Shown one piece after another: positions 18,891 to 26,460 of a DNA stretch of 64,000 nucleotides. The notes under the pieces are model-generated. The model was not told the DNA's origin, did not search any database, and worked only from the letters and a program-made list of their open reading frames with translations. Every line of letters begins with the position of its first letter. Position 1 is the first letter of the stretch. The stretch is from the NCBI GenBank assembly GCA_963733705.1, contig CAVTEJ010000014.1, positions 10,943 through 74,942 on the forward strand. Direction: 5' to 3'. This DNA comes from an uncultured Planctomycetota bacterium (lineage in GTDB: Bacteria > Planctomycetota > Planctomycetia > Pirellulales > Lacipirellulaceae). A program made the position numbers and the translations under genes.

Positions 18891-19391
18891 ATGAAATACC
18901 GCAAGCTGCGAATCACTTGGTCAGTGGCGTGGGGCATTGCGGCGGTGCTGCTGATCGCAATATGGGTACGCAGCTATTCGTTTTTTGATTTTTGCGAGGT
19001 ACCTGCTTCAGGTCATTCGTCGCTGCATCTGCAATCAGCGCACGGGCGGGTAGTCTTATTCGTTCTACCCGACTTTCACGAGTTGAGGATCGGTGGTGTC
19101 CCAACGCCGAACGTGATCCTGGCTGGTGAACTAACCCAACCGATGATCGGTATCAATATTCCAGGTGGCATCAGCATAAGCGTGCCACCGTATGATTCCG
19201 CTCGAATACATGTGACACCATTTTGGCTGGTCGCGCTAATCGGTTGCATTCTCGCAGCGATTATCGGGGGCATTCCGTGGCTACCGTGGTGGTCAACCCG
19301 TTTCAGCCTTCGCACTCTCCTCATCGGCACGACGCTCGTTGCCATTGGGCTGGGGTTGATCGTGTGGGCGGCACAGCTTCGTGCGCGGTAG
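18891..19391 (+). CDS. Small 3-TM membrane protein, array paralog 3
   Basis: MKYRKLRITWSVAWGIAAVLLIAIWVRSY ... RFSLRTLLIGTTLVAIGLGLIVW. Starts 3 nt after the paralog 2 stop. Its stop lies inside an m1 copy. Confidence 0.75.
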   Translation: MKYRKLRITWSVAWGIAAVLLIAIWVRSYSFFDFCEVPASGHSSLHLQSAHGRVVLFVLPDFHELRIGGVPTPNVILAGELTQPMIGINIPGGISISVPPYDSARIHVTPFWLVALIGCILAAIIGGIPWLPWWSTRFSLRTLLIGTTLVAIGLGLIVWAAQLRAR

Positions 19392-19399
19392 GATGGGAG
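19380..19399 (+). repeat. Array motif m1 copy (CGTGCGCGGTAGGATGGGAG)
   Basis: Overlaps the stop codon of paralog 3 and precedes the mini-ORF ATG at 19401. Confidence 0.5.
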
Positions 19400-19400
19400 A

Positions 19401-19559
19401 ATGAAACGCCAAACCATTGTCAACGCTGCATGCGTAGTGACGGCGCTAACTGCTTTTTATACTGGATTTGTGGCATCTACGCCGTTTATGCGAATGCTCG
19501 GTGCGGTTCTGATGTGCGTCGGGGTCATATTCATTTCTGTTTTCCCGCGACGAAAGTAA
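19401..19559 (+). CDS. Mini membrane protein (2 predicted TM helices), below the ORF-track size cut-off
   Basis: Own translation: MKRQTIVNAACVVTALTAFYTGFVASTPFMRMLGAVLMCVGVIFISVFPRRK (52 aa). Same position and topology as 17481..17678. Confidence 0.45.
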   Translation: MKRQTIVNAACVVTALTAFYTGFVASTPFMRMLGAVLMCVGVIFISVFPRRK

Positions 19560-19587
19560 CTTCCCATCACCGCACTAATAGCACGAT

Positions 19588-20076
19588 ATGCAATACCGCA
19601 AGCTGCGAATCGTGTGGTCGGCGGCGTGGGGAATTGCGGCGGTGCTACTGATCGTGTTGTGGGGTCACGCACTCCACAATCAGGTTAGAGGGGCAGTCTG
19701 GGTATCCAAATCTCATTACGTCGGCTTTTGTACGCTTAGTCATTGGATGGGGGTCGAAGCCAGTTCGTACACGATAGGCCCGCCTGGCACTTGGTACCCG
19801 CGTACATACTTTCAGGACAACGAAGTCACCCTTGAACAGGGAAAGTCTGCGTCACCCTTGCGTCGATGGCAATGGTTGCCTTATAGCGGCCCAGATATGT
19901 CCCGCATCAACCTAACTGTGCCTCTTTGGTTCCCCGTATCGTTAGTGGCCACAGTCGCCGTTTTGCCTTGGGCCGTGCCGCTGTCGAAACTGAGGCGTTT
20001 CTCCCTCCGCACTCTCCTAATCGCCACGACGCTCGTTGCCGTTGGGCTAGGGCTGATCGCGTGGGCAGTACGGTGA
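19588..20076 (+). CDS. Small 3-TM membrane protein, array paralog 4
   Basis: MQYRKLRIVWSAAWGIAAVLLIVLWG ... RFSLRTLLIATTLVAVGLGLIAW. Confidence 0.75.
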   Translation: MQYRKLRIVWSAAWGIAAVLLIVLWGHALHNQVRGAVWVSKSHYVGFCTLSHWMGVEASSYTIGPPGTWYPRTYFQDNEVTLEQGKSASPLRRWQWLPYSGPDMSRINLTVPLWFPVSLVATVAVLPWAVPLSKLRRFSLRTLLIATTLVAVGLGLIAWAVR

Positions 20077-20080
20077 CGCC

Positions 20081-20551
20081 ATGAAACACCGCAAGCTGCG
20101 AATCGCGTTGTCGGTGACTTGCTGCATTGCTTTCCTGGCCTCCACCTCGGTCTGGATATTCAGTTATTGGTGGATCATTCGGGTCGAAGGACGTCTCTAC
20201 CCATCTGCGCTTTTGGGGATTACGTCGACGGAAGGTCGAACACTTCTCACCCGTCAAAATCTCGATGGGGGCATTCATTTTTGGTTTCGCGTGCAGCGAG
20301 TCGATGACTGGTATGATGAAATCATCAAGAGAGGTCACGGCAGGCCGAACTTGCTGACTGGATGGCAAGTAAATTCATCTTCAAACTTTAGCTACATCCA
20401 GTTTCCCGGCTGGTTTCCCGGATTGCTCTTCGGGTTTGCCGCTTTGGCTAATTGGTTGCCATTTGGTTGGCGTTTCTCCCTCCGCACGCTGCTAATCGCC
20501 ACGACGCTCATTGCCGTTGGGCTGGGGATGATCGTGTGGGCCACGAGGTAA
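20081..20551 (+). CDS. Small 3-TM membrane protein, array paralog 5
   Basis: MKHRKLRIALSVTCCIAFLASTSVWIFSY ... RFSLRTLLIATTLIAVGLGMIVW. Confidence 0.75.
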   Translation: MKHRKLRIALSVTCCIAFLASTSVWIFSYWWIIRVEGRLYPSALLGITSTEGRTLLTRQNLDGGIHFWFRVQRVDDWYDEIIKRGHGRPNLLTGWQVNSSSNFSYIQFPGWFPGLLFGFAALANWLPFGWRFSLRTLLIATTLIAVGLGMIVWATR

Positions 20552-20555
20552 CGCG

Positions 20556-20642
20556 ATGAAGTATCGCAAGCTGCGAATCGCGTGGTCGGTGGCGGTGTTG
20601 CTGGTCGGGTTGTGGGTGCGAAGTTACAGCTCGTCGCAATAA
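20556..20642 (+). pseudogene. Array paralog 6, truncated to the conserved N-terminal 28 codons
   Basis: Own translation: MKYRKLRIAWSVAVLLVGLWVRSYSSSQ, then stop. The remainder is replaced by the convergent ORF 20624..20809. Confidence 0.6.
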
Positions 20643-20809
20643 TCTTTATAGGCTTGTTTGGCTAAACACACGATGCACCAATCCTCATCATCGTCGTACT
20701 GCGTCGGGCACGGCGGTTGTCCGTGCAGGATGCCTTCGCAGTCTTGCAATGCCACCAGTTCGGTTACGCGGACCAATCTGGCAATGACATCCGATGAGAT
20801 TGGATACAC
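20624..20809 (-). CDS. Hypothetical small Cys-containing protein
   Basis: 61-aa ORF only, with no recognisable family. Confidence 0.3.
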   Translation of the reverse strand: MYPISSDVIARLVRVTELVALQDCEGILHGQPPCPTQYDDDEDWCIVCLAKQAYKDYCDEL

Positions 20810-20975
20810 GGGTTAAGCTCCTTAGCGTTAAGGCGGCACTTCGTTCGCAGGCCATTGTAACCCGACGGCTTCTGTGTTCGCTATCAACATCACGCGGGTG
20901 GCCCAGCCAAGAGCTAGAGTTTCCGCGCCCCAATGCTTGGTGGCCCGTCAATTTTTTCACCACTATACTATGGGC

Positions 20976-21653
20976 ATGTGCGGACGATTCTCACTTCGAG
21001 CCAGGCTAAATGACTTGCTGTCGCAGTTTGCCGCAGTTGCAGTTGGCATAGAAGACTATTCGCTCTTTGAGAATTACAACCTCCCGCCTACATCCGACAT
21101 CCCTGTTGTCCGCGCGTCAAAAGGTCATCGTCAAGTATCGTTAATGCGCTGGGGTCTGCTACCTCCTTGGACAAAGGATATAAAGTCGGCACCGATGCTC
21201 AATAACGCTCGCGCCGAGACGGTCGCGGAAAAGCCATCGTTTCGATCCGCGTATAAGTCTCGCCGCTGCATCATTCCCGCCAGCGGTTTCTTTGAATGGT
21301 TGAACGATAGCAAGCCGCGACAACCGTTTTACTTTCACCGGCCAGACGATAAGCTGCTCGCATTCGCGGGTTTGTGGGAAACGTGGAACGACATTGATAG
21401 CTGCGTCATCGTCACGACGGATGCCAACGAGGTTATGTCGCCGGTCCATGAACGCATGCCGGCTATCCTTGGTGACAACGACTACGGACTTTGGCTTGAT
21501 CCGTCATCGGGCGATGCATCGCATTTACTGGCACCGTGCCCAGCCAGCGAAATTACCCGCTATCCGGTCAGTACGTTCGTGAACAACGTCCGCCATCAGG
21601 GACCACAGTGTATTGAGCGGGTAGCGCTACAATCAAATCTCTTGCTCGATTAG
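20976..21653 (+). CDS. SOS-response-associated peptidase (SRAP/YedK/HMCES family) abasic-site processing protein
   Basis: The start was chosen so that the protein begins MCGRFSL (catalytic Cys2). Motifs: YNLPPTSDIPVV, MRWGLLPPW, NARAETVAEKPSFRSAY, RRCIIPASGFFEW, FAGLWETW, VIVTTDANEVMSPVHERMPAIL. Confidence 0.9.
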   Translation: MCGRFSLRARLNDLLSQFAAVAVGIEDYSLFENYNLPPTSDIPVVRASKGHRQVSLMRWGLLPPWTKDIKSAPMLNNARAETVAEKPSFRSAYKSRRCIIPASGFFEWLNDSKPRQPFYFHRPDDKLLAFAGLWETWNDIDSCVIVTTDANEVMSPVHERMPAILGDNDYGLWLDPSSGDASHLLAPCPASEITRYPVSTFVNNVRHQGPQCIERVALQSNLLLD

Positions 21654-22100
21654 CACCGGCATCCGACTGCACCGCGTCATAATCCGGTAGTAATGGCTCG
21701 CGGGCGTCGTCAGCATGTAAGCGTGTAGTCTGTCTTGCTCGTCCCTTACCAGGATGCCTCTAATTCCCTGAATGACCTGATACCAGACGCCTTTTTCGTA
21801 GCCGTAGTCGGCTGGTATCTCAACTCGTTCCGGTTCCAGCCCGCGCCACTTGCCGCTTTCCAGGCTTTCGATGCCACACCAACCTGGACGCGGCAACTTT
21901 GAGCGACCAACCCGATTGCCCCACTCGCATATTGTCAATTCACCATCGCAATACACCGGCAATGTTGGATAGCGTTCGGAGTGCATAAAGTGCAACTCTT
22001 TGCACTGGCCACCGCGACTAACGATGCGGCTTGCAAGTCCATAACGCTCGATCGTCTCTTCGCTCATGCGCGATGTCAGAATGGCAATTCCCTGGCACAT
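21633..22100 (-). CDS. Short divergent SRAP-like protein (Met-Cys N-terminus), translationally coupled to the Y-family polymerase
   Basis: The ATG at 22098-22100 shares its A with the polymerase TGA (TGATG). The protein starts MCQGIAIL. Segments ICEWGNR...LPRPGW, RVEIPADYGYEKGVWY, IRGIL, AYMLTTPAS and CSRMPVLI occur in the same order as the SRAP motifs RWGLIPxW, RCLIPAxGFYEW, FAGLW, IITTxAN and HxRMPVIL. Confidence 0.45.
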   Translation of the reverse strand: MCQGIAILTSRMSEETIERYGLASRIVSRGGQCKELHFMHSERYPTLPVYCDGELTICEWGNRVGRSKLPRPGWCGIESLESGKWRGLEPERVEIPADYGYEKGVWYQVIQGIRGILVRDEQDRLHAYMLTTPASHYYRIMTRCSRMPVLIEQEI

Positions 22101-23287
22101 CAAAAGCAACTCTTGCCGTAAATGTCGCAGATGTCGTAGTTATTCGCCGAGTCGGCGTAGATGTCAGTCAGTGGCGTTGTGGCCGCACTCCGCACGGCGA
22201 AGCGTCCGATGCGGTGATTGATTGCTTGTTTGATGTCAGTCAGTTTCGGGTGCTCGAACAAGCTTTGCTGGCGATTGACGATGGGCCGAAGTCCATCCGC
22301 AGTAACGTGCATGTAATGAACGAACGCCGTGCGTGGCTGCCAGACATGAGGGAGCAGGTACATTGCTGCTTCCAGGATCGCTTCAAAATCGCCACGGCTC
22401 CCCAGCAGGCTACATCGCTGCGAACGCCCGCTGCCCTCCACAAATTGCAACGAGAGAATAAGGCGATCGCAGCAGAGTTTGTGGTAGGCCAAAGCCTCCA
22501 CCAAGCGCTCGACGTTTCTGGCGACAAATGCCTCGACCCGCGCCGGATCGCGACTCGCCGCTCCGATACTGCCACCACGAGCAACGAACTTGTTGCGCGG
22601 CCGCGAAGTCTGGACTGGAATAACCGGCGTCCCGTTAAGCTCCCACCACAGACACTCGCCTGTTTTGGTAAGCAGCCTGCGGATCAGTCGGCGGTCGGCA
22701 GCCGCGAACTGGTCGCAGGTGGTGATACCATACGCGGCCAGCCTCCGAGCTGACCGCTTGGCAATGCCGGTAATATCTTCGACCGGACGCCCGCCCAGTA
22801 GTCGCACACGCTCTGGCTCACTTTGCACGACCCCGCACCCGAACGGTTTCGATGAATCACTGATGAGCTTCGCCAGCGTCTTCGTAGGCGCAATGCCGAT
22901 ACTGACCGGAACGCCAACGCAAGACAGAATCTTCTGTTGCAATTGCCGCGCATCGTTGATCGTTCCGCGCCCCAGTTGGAAGAACTGTTCATCAATCGAA
23001 TAGAACTCTACACATGGGCTCAATTCCTGAACGATGGCCAACATCTTTCGGCTAAGTACTTCGTACCAGGCGAAGTCCCGCTTAACGAAGATCATCAGCG
23101 GGCAACGGGGCACTGCTTCCCAGATCGGCATCCCGGTTGTGATTCCCGCTGCCTTGGCTTCGTAGCTCTTGGCAATGACGCATGCGCCTTGATTCCCCAG
23201 CACACCGACCGGCAGGCCACATAAATGAGGAAACCTCACTCGTTCGGCGGAGACGTAAAAGCAATCTGCATCGACATGGCCAATCAT
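22100..23287 (-). CDS. Y-family DNA polymerase, UmuC-like
   Basis: MIGHVDADCFYVSAERVRFPHLCGLPVGVLGNQGACVIAKSYEAKAAGITTGMP parallels the UmuC N-terminus (VVVLSNNDGCVIA..EAKALG). YSIDEQFF carries the catalytic acidic motif. 395 aa. Confidence 0.85.
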   Translation of the reverse strand: MIGHVDADCFYVSAERVRFPHLCGLPVGVLGNQGACVIAKSYEAKAAGITTGMPIWEAVPRCPLMIFVKRDFAWYEVLSRKMLAIVQELSPCVEFYSIDEQFFQLGRGTINDARQLQQKILSCVGVPVSIGIAPTKTLAKLISDSSKPFGCGVVQSEPERVRLLGGRPVEDITGIAKRSARRLAAYGITTCDQFAAADRRLIRRLLTKTGECLWWELNGTPVIPVQTSRPRNKFVARGGSIGAASRDPARVEAFVARNVERLVEALAYHKLCCDRLILSLQFVEGSGRSQRCSLLGSRGDFEAILEAAMYLLPHVWQPRTAFVHYMHVTADGLRPIVNRQQSLFEHPKLTDIKQAINHRIGRFAVRSAATTPLTDIYADSANNYDICDIYGKSCF

Positions 23288-23293
23288 GCGAGC

Positions 23294-23309
23294 CAGTATA
23301 CATATACAT
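23294..23309. promoter_or_regulatory. Putative SOS-box-like operator upstream of the polymerase
   Basis: CAGTATACATATACAT lies 7-22 nt upstream of the polymerase ATG. Its reverse complement ATGTATATGTATACTG matches E. coli-type CTGT-N8-ACAG at 13 of 16 positions by eye. The LexA motif for this lineage is unknown to me. Confidence 0.3.
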
Positions 23310-23656
23310 CCGTACAGTTCAACACTCGCGATGAACCCGAAGTCGCGACCGGTCCAAAGGGGGGGCCGAACATCTCGCGATTCAAATCGATCGCCGCTGT
23401 GGGTTAAGTTAGACCAGCCTGAAGGTGTAAATGAAGATGGTGTTGGCCCATCCCTTTTAAATAGCCACTACCCCTATGGCTAATTTCCACCAACCATTGG
23501 GAAGTTTGCCATACTGCCCCAAAATCCCCCAGTTTGGCATCCTTATTGCATTACCCCCAACCTCAACCGGTCATTGTTAAAGAGAAGCACGATGCAGGTG
23601 GATAGGCCGGGCAACAACGTGCACCGTGTAGAAGCTATATTTTTTGGAGGTAACGT

Positions 23657-24145
23657 ATGTTTCGAAAATGTGCACTAGGTTTAACGGCCTTCGCAGCCCT
23701 CGGATTCTCATTCGCGATGTCTTCGTCGGCCAACGCATTCCATGGTGGCGTGTTTCATCGTCACTACGGTTCCTCGGGCGGCTCATATGGCGGCAATAGC
23801 AACAGCTGTGGTTGCGATTGTGGCAGCTCCACAGAGGCAACTCAGGGAAATCAGGACGACAATGGTGAGCACCACGCGGTCTCTGATCGCGACGAGCGTG
23901 GGTCGCGCGATGTCCATCGCAATGGCAATGGTGTCACAATCGAAGAGCGTGATCATGAACGCCACCACGATGCTGACCAGGACCGCGACGGCGACAAAAA
24001 GCATGACAAGGATATGAAGAAGGACGAGCACAAAGACAAGGATATGAAGAAGGACGAGCACAAAGTCAAGGATATGAAGAAGGACGAGCACAAAGTCAAG
24101 GATAAAGAAAAGGACAACGACAAAAAGGAAGAAGCGAAGAAATAA
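23657..24145 (+). CDS. Secreted His/Asp/Lys-rich low-complexity repeat protein
   Basis: GGAGG RBS. Signal peptide MFRKCALGLTAFAALGFSFAMSSSANA. Then a Cys/Gly/Ser patch (CGCDCGSS), HERHHD, and three KDMKKDEHK repeats. Confidence 0.75.
   Translation: MFRKCALGLTAFAALGFSFAMSSSANAFHGGVFHRHYGSSGGSYGGNSNSCGCDCGSSTEATQGNQDDNGEHHAVSDRDERGSRDVHRNGNGVTIEERDHERHHDADQDRDGDKKHDKDMKKDEHKDKDMKKDEHKVKDMKKDEHKVKDKEKDNDKKEEAKK
24007..24110 (+). repeat. Tandem 30-nt coding repeat, about 3.4 copies
   Basis: The unit CAAGGATATGAAGAAGGACGAGCACAAAGA/T occurs at 24007, 24037 and 24067, with a partial copy from 24097. Confidence 0.85.
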
Positions 24146-24173
24146 TTGCCGTAACCAAGCGACGACGCCTGCA

Positions 24174-24208
24174 GCTGGTCGAGCCTTCAAAGTTCGGCCA
24201 GCTTTTTT
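24174..24208 (+). terminator. Rho-independent terminator shared by convergent genes
   Basis: GCTGGTCGA - 11-nt loop - TCGGCCAGC (9 bp including one G-T pair), followed by TTTTTTG. It lies 29 nt after the stop at 24145. Confidence 0.6.
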
Positions 24209-24310
24209 GTTGCCCGGTGCAGCGAGATGAGGTCTTACGGGATTCAGTACGGCAAAGCGGTTTTATCCAATTCTGTGCGGTTCTCCCGACTGCTGGGCGA
24301 GGCGTGCAAC

Positions 24311-25006
24311 CTACCCAATAGCCTTTGCAATGACGAACGCCGCAGTCGCCGCCAGCCCGCCCACGAGGACCGTTTGCCAAGCACTGCGGAACGGCTTGGC
24401 CGTCGTAAACCGCCCCTTGATGTAACCGAACACCAGCAGTGCCAGAAGTGTCACCACAATCGAGCCGACCAAGGCCGAGTGCACGGACTGCCAGATGAAG
24501 TACGGGGCCAGCGGGACCATCCCACCGACAATATACGAGAGGGCGATGGTCAAGGCACTGCGGCTCGCCCGCTTTGGATCCGGTTCCGTCAGGCCCAGCT
24601 CGAACCGCATCATGAAGTCCACCCATCGCTTCTTGTCAGCACGGATGGCGTTGACGACCGTGGCCACTTGGCCGCCTTCGAGACCGTAGGAGCGAAGCAC
24701 GTCGGCAACTTCGTCCGCTTCAATTTCCGGCATCTCGTCTACCTCAAGTTCCTCTCGCGTCCGCTCGGAGACGAAATGCTCGGCGTCGGTTCTCGCCGCC
24801 AAATATCCGCCCAGACCCATCGCAATCGCACCGGCAGCTACCTCGGCCAATCCCGCCGTCACGATGATGCCACTCGACTGCACGGCACCGGACAAACCTG
24901 CAGCCAGAGCAAACGGAACTGTGAGACCGTCCGACATGCCGATCACGATATCCCGGACAGACTCCGACGAAGTGAAGTGCTTTTCGATGTGAGGTGTTTG
25001 CGGCAT
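24311..25006 (-). CDS. VIT1/CCC1-family iron/manganese transporter
   Basis: ATG at 25006 (MPQTPHIEKHF) with a GAGGAA RBS. VRDIVIGMSDGLTVPFALAAGLSGA plus a C-terminal TM bundle. Confidence 0.85.
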   Translation of the reverse strand: MPQTPHIEKHFTSSESVRDIVIGMSDGLTVPFALAAGLSGAVQSSGIIVTAGLAEVAAGAIAMGLGGYLAARTDAEHFVSERTREELEVDEMPEIEADEVADVLRSYGLEGGQVATVVNAIRADKKRWVDFMMRFELGLTEPDPKRASRSALTIALSYIVGGMVPLAPYFIWQSVHSALVGSIVVTLLALLVFGYIKGRFTTAKPFRSAWQTVLVGGLAATAAFVIAKAIG

Positions 25007-25366
25007 GTGATTCCTCGAGGCGGAGAGAAAGCGAGGCTGGTGATTGATCCTGACGAGCAAGGGCATTGTCGCCGAGGGTTAGGGCTTGAGGAAGTTGGCG
25101 GTGAACAGCCGCATGCCAATTCGACAAACACGCAGCGAGTGGGCTGGCTGGATGTACGATCGACCCCCGCATTCGAGCTCAGCAAGGGTTCGGAGAGCTG
25201 TTCTCTGCTGAGCCAGGCGGGAATCGGAATGCGGTATGGAGTTAGGAAGGGGGTGTCGGCCGAGAACGCATTCAACAAATCTACGCGAACGCCCCGGCAC
25301 AGTGCTGGCGGTTCGGTTGATGCTTGGGTGTTATCAAGCCACGCACAGGCCGAAGCGGCGAAATCG

Positions 25367-25413
25367 AAATTCCTGGAAACCTGGAAACTTGGAAAAGTCG
25401 TGGCAGTCGCCGG
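25367..25413 (+). repeat. Composite repeat part R, copy 1: three tandem YYTGGAAA octamers plus GTCGTGGCAGTCGCCGG
   Basis: AAATTCCTGGAAACCTGGAAACTTGGAAAAGTCGTGGCAGTCGCCGG. About 40 of 47 positions are shared with 26239-26285 by eye. Confidence 0.7.
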
Positions 25414-25550
25414 GCGGCTGAGCATCGATGCCACGGCGGTGGCGGCAGTGACTTCCATCGATTCACCCTTTGTTTGTTGCAAAGCCTGCCCGGTGGTAGA
25501 GTCACGTCAATGTTGTGCTAATTGAGAGCCACTAACCATGTCGTATCAAG

Positions 25551-26180
25551 ATGCCTATTCAGCTATTAATAGTCGACGATCATGAAGTCATTCACGCGGG
25601 TTTGAAAGCAATCCTTGAGGGGGCCGTTATCCGCGTTGTCGGCGGAGCATCGAATGGCCGGGACGCAATAAAGCTCTTTCGAAAACTCCGGCCAGATGTC
25701 GTGCTCCTCGATGTCCGTATGCCAGGAGGCGATGGCCTGGAGTGCCTTGCTCACATAAAGCGTGATTTCCCCAAGTCAAACGTTCTGATGTTTAGTTCCT
25801 TTGACAATCCAACTTATATCGCCCGGGCATTCGCCTCAGGTGCCTCCGGCTATCTGTTAAAGAGTGCTGGCCGACAGGAGATAAAGGCGGCGGTTAAGAA
25901 AGTGGCGACCGGTGAGTCCCTCTGGTCGCAGGAAGATCTCCGCAGCGTTTCAGGCTCATTAACCGCGAAACGCGGCGAGACAATTGAAATACCGCTCACC
26001 AAGCGTGAGAGCGAGGTGCTAAAACAAATGGCACTCGGACTCACAAACAAAGAGATTGCTAAGTCGTTGGGTATTAGCTACGAGACCGTGAAAGAGCATG
26101 TGCAACATATTTTGAAGAAATTAAGCGTGAGCGATCGAACGCAAGCGGCGGTGTGGGCGGTACGGAAGAATCTCGTCTGA
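25551..26180 (+). CDS. Response regulator, NarL/FixJ family (REC plus LuxR-type HTH)
   Basis: LLIVDDHEVI, VVLLDVRMPGGDG, then LTKRESEVLKQMALGLTNKEIAKSLGISYETVKEHVQHILKKL. There is no histidine kinase in the window. Confidence 0.9.
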   Translation: MPIQLLIVDDHEVIHAGLKAILEGAVIRVVGGASNGRDAIKLFRKLRPDVVLLDVRMPGGDGLECLAHIKRDFPKSNVLMFSSFDNPTYIARAFASGASGYLLKSAGRQEIKAAVKKVATGESLWSQEDLRSVSGSLTAKRGETIEIPLTKRESEVLKQMALGLTNKEIAKSLGISYETVKEHVQHILKKLSVSDRTQAAVWAVRKNLV

Positions 26181-26238
26181 TTTCAGGGCAGGTACCTGTT
26201 ACCAGTTGTCAGTTGTTACCATGCTGAAGCGGCAATGT

Positions 26239-26285
26239 AAATTCCTGGAAATTTGGAAACTTGGAAGCGTCGTCGCACTCGCCGG
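26239..26285 (+). repeat. Composite repeat part R, copy 2
   Basis: AAATTCCTGGAAATTTGGAAACTTGGAAGCGTCGTCGCACTCGCCGG, 59 nt after the response-regulator stop. Confidence 0.7.
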
Positions 26286-26345
26286 TGCTGGCTGAGTAAT
26301 TGAATGTGCGGCTGGCGTGCGATGTTGTTGGCCACTGAGGCGAGC

Positions 26346-26460
26346 TGAACAAACCGGCTGTCCAACCTCCACGGCAACTACGCCGCAGCATCCACGCCGC
26401 CGTAGTCGAATTCAGGAATACTCCACCCGACTGTCAGCGGCGGCAGTGGCTAAATCAATC
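26346..26460 (+). repeat. Composite repeat part A, copy 1 (about 115 nt)
   Basis: GAACAAACCGGCTGTCCAACCTCCACGGCAACTACGCCGCAGCATCCACGCCGCCGTAGTCGAATTC... aligns by eye with 27094-27210, with a 2-nt indel and scattered substitutions. Confidence 0.65.

Noticed and set aside
16995-20642. Regular repeat-spacer appearance that might suggest a CRISPR-like or other non-coding array
   Set aside because: The repeats are 75-90 nt, imperfect, and are the coding ends of full ORFs with clear TM helices. The 'spacers' are about 300-nt ORF cores. There are no short palindromic repeats or cas genes.
25390-25425. Sigma-54 promoter (TGGCA in GTCGTGGCAGTCGCC)
   Set aside because: There is no TTGC element at the required 4-5 nt spacing, and the second repeat copy has TCGCAC instead of TGGCAG.
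24227-25525. 432-aa plus-strand ORF
   Set aside because: It runs antisense to the well-supported VIT1/CCC1 gene and on into non-coding repeat DNA. Its translation is Arg/Gly-rich with no motifs. It is a typical shadow ORF in GC-rich sequence.
26346-26420. Stable RNA hairpin with compensatory changes between the two part-A repeat copies
   Set aside because: Copy 1 can form ACTACG/CGTAGT. The substitutions in copy 2 do not keep the pairing once the 2-nt indel is taken into account, so I make no structural claim.
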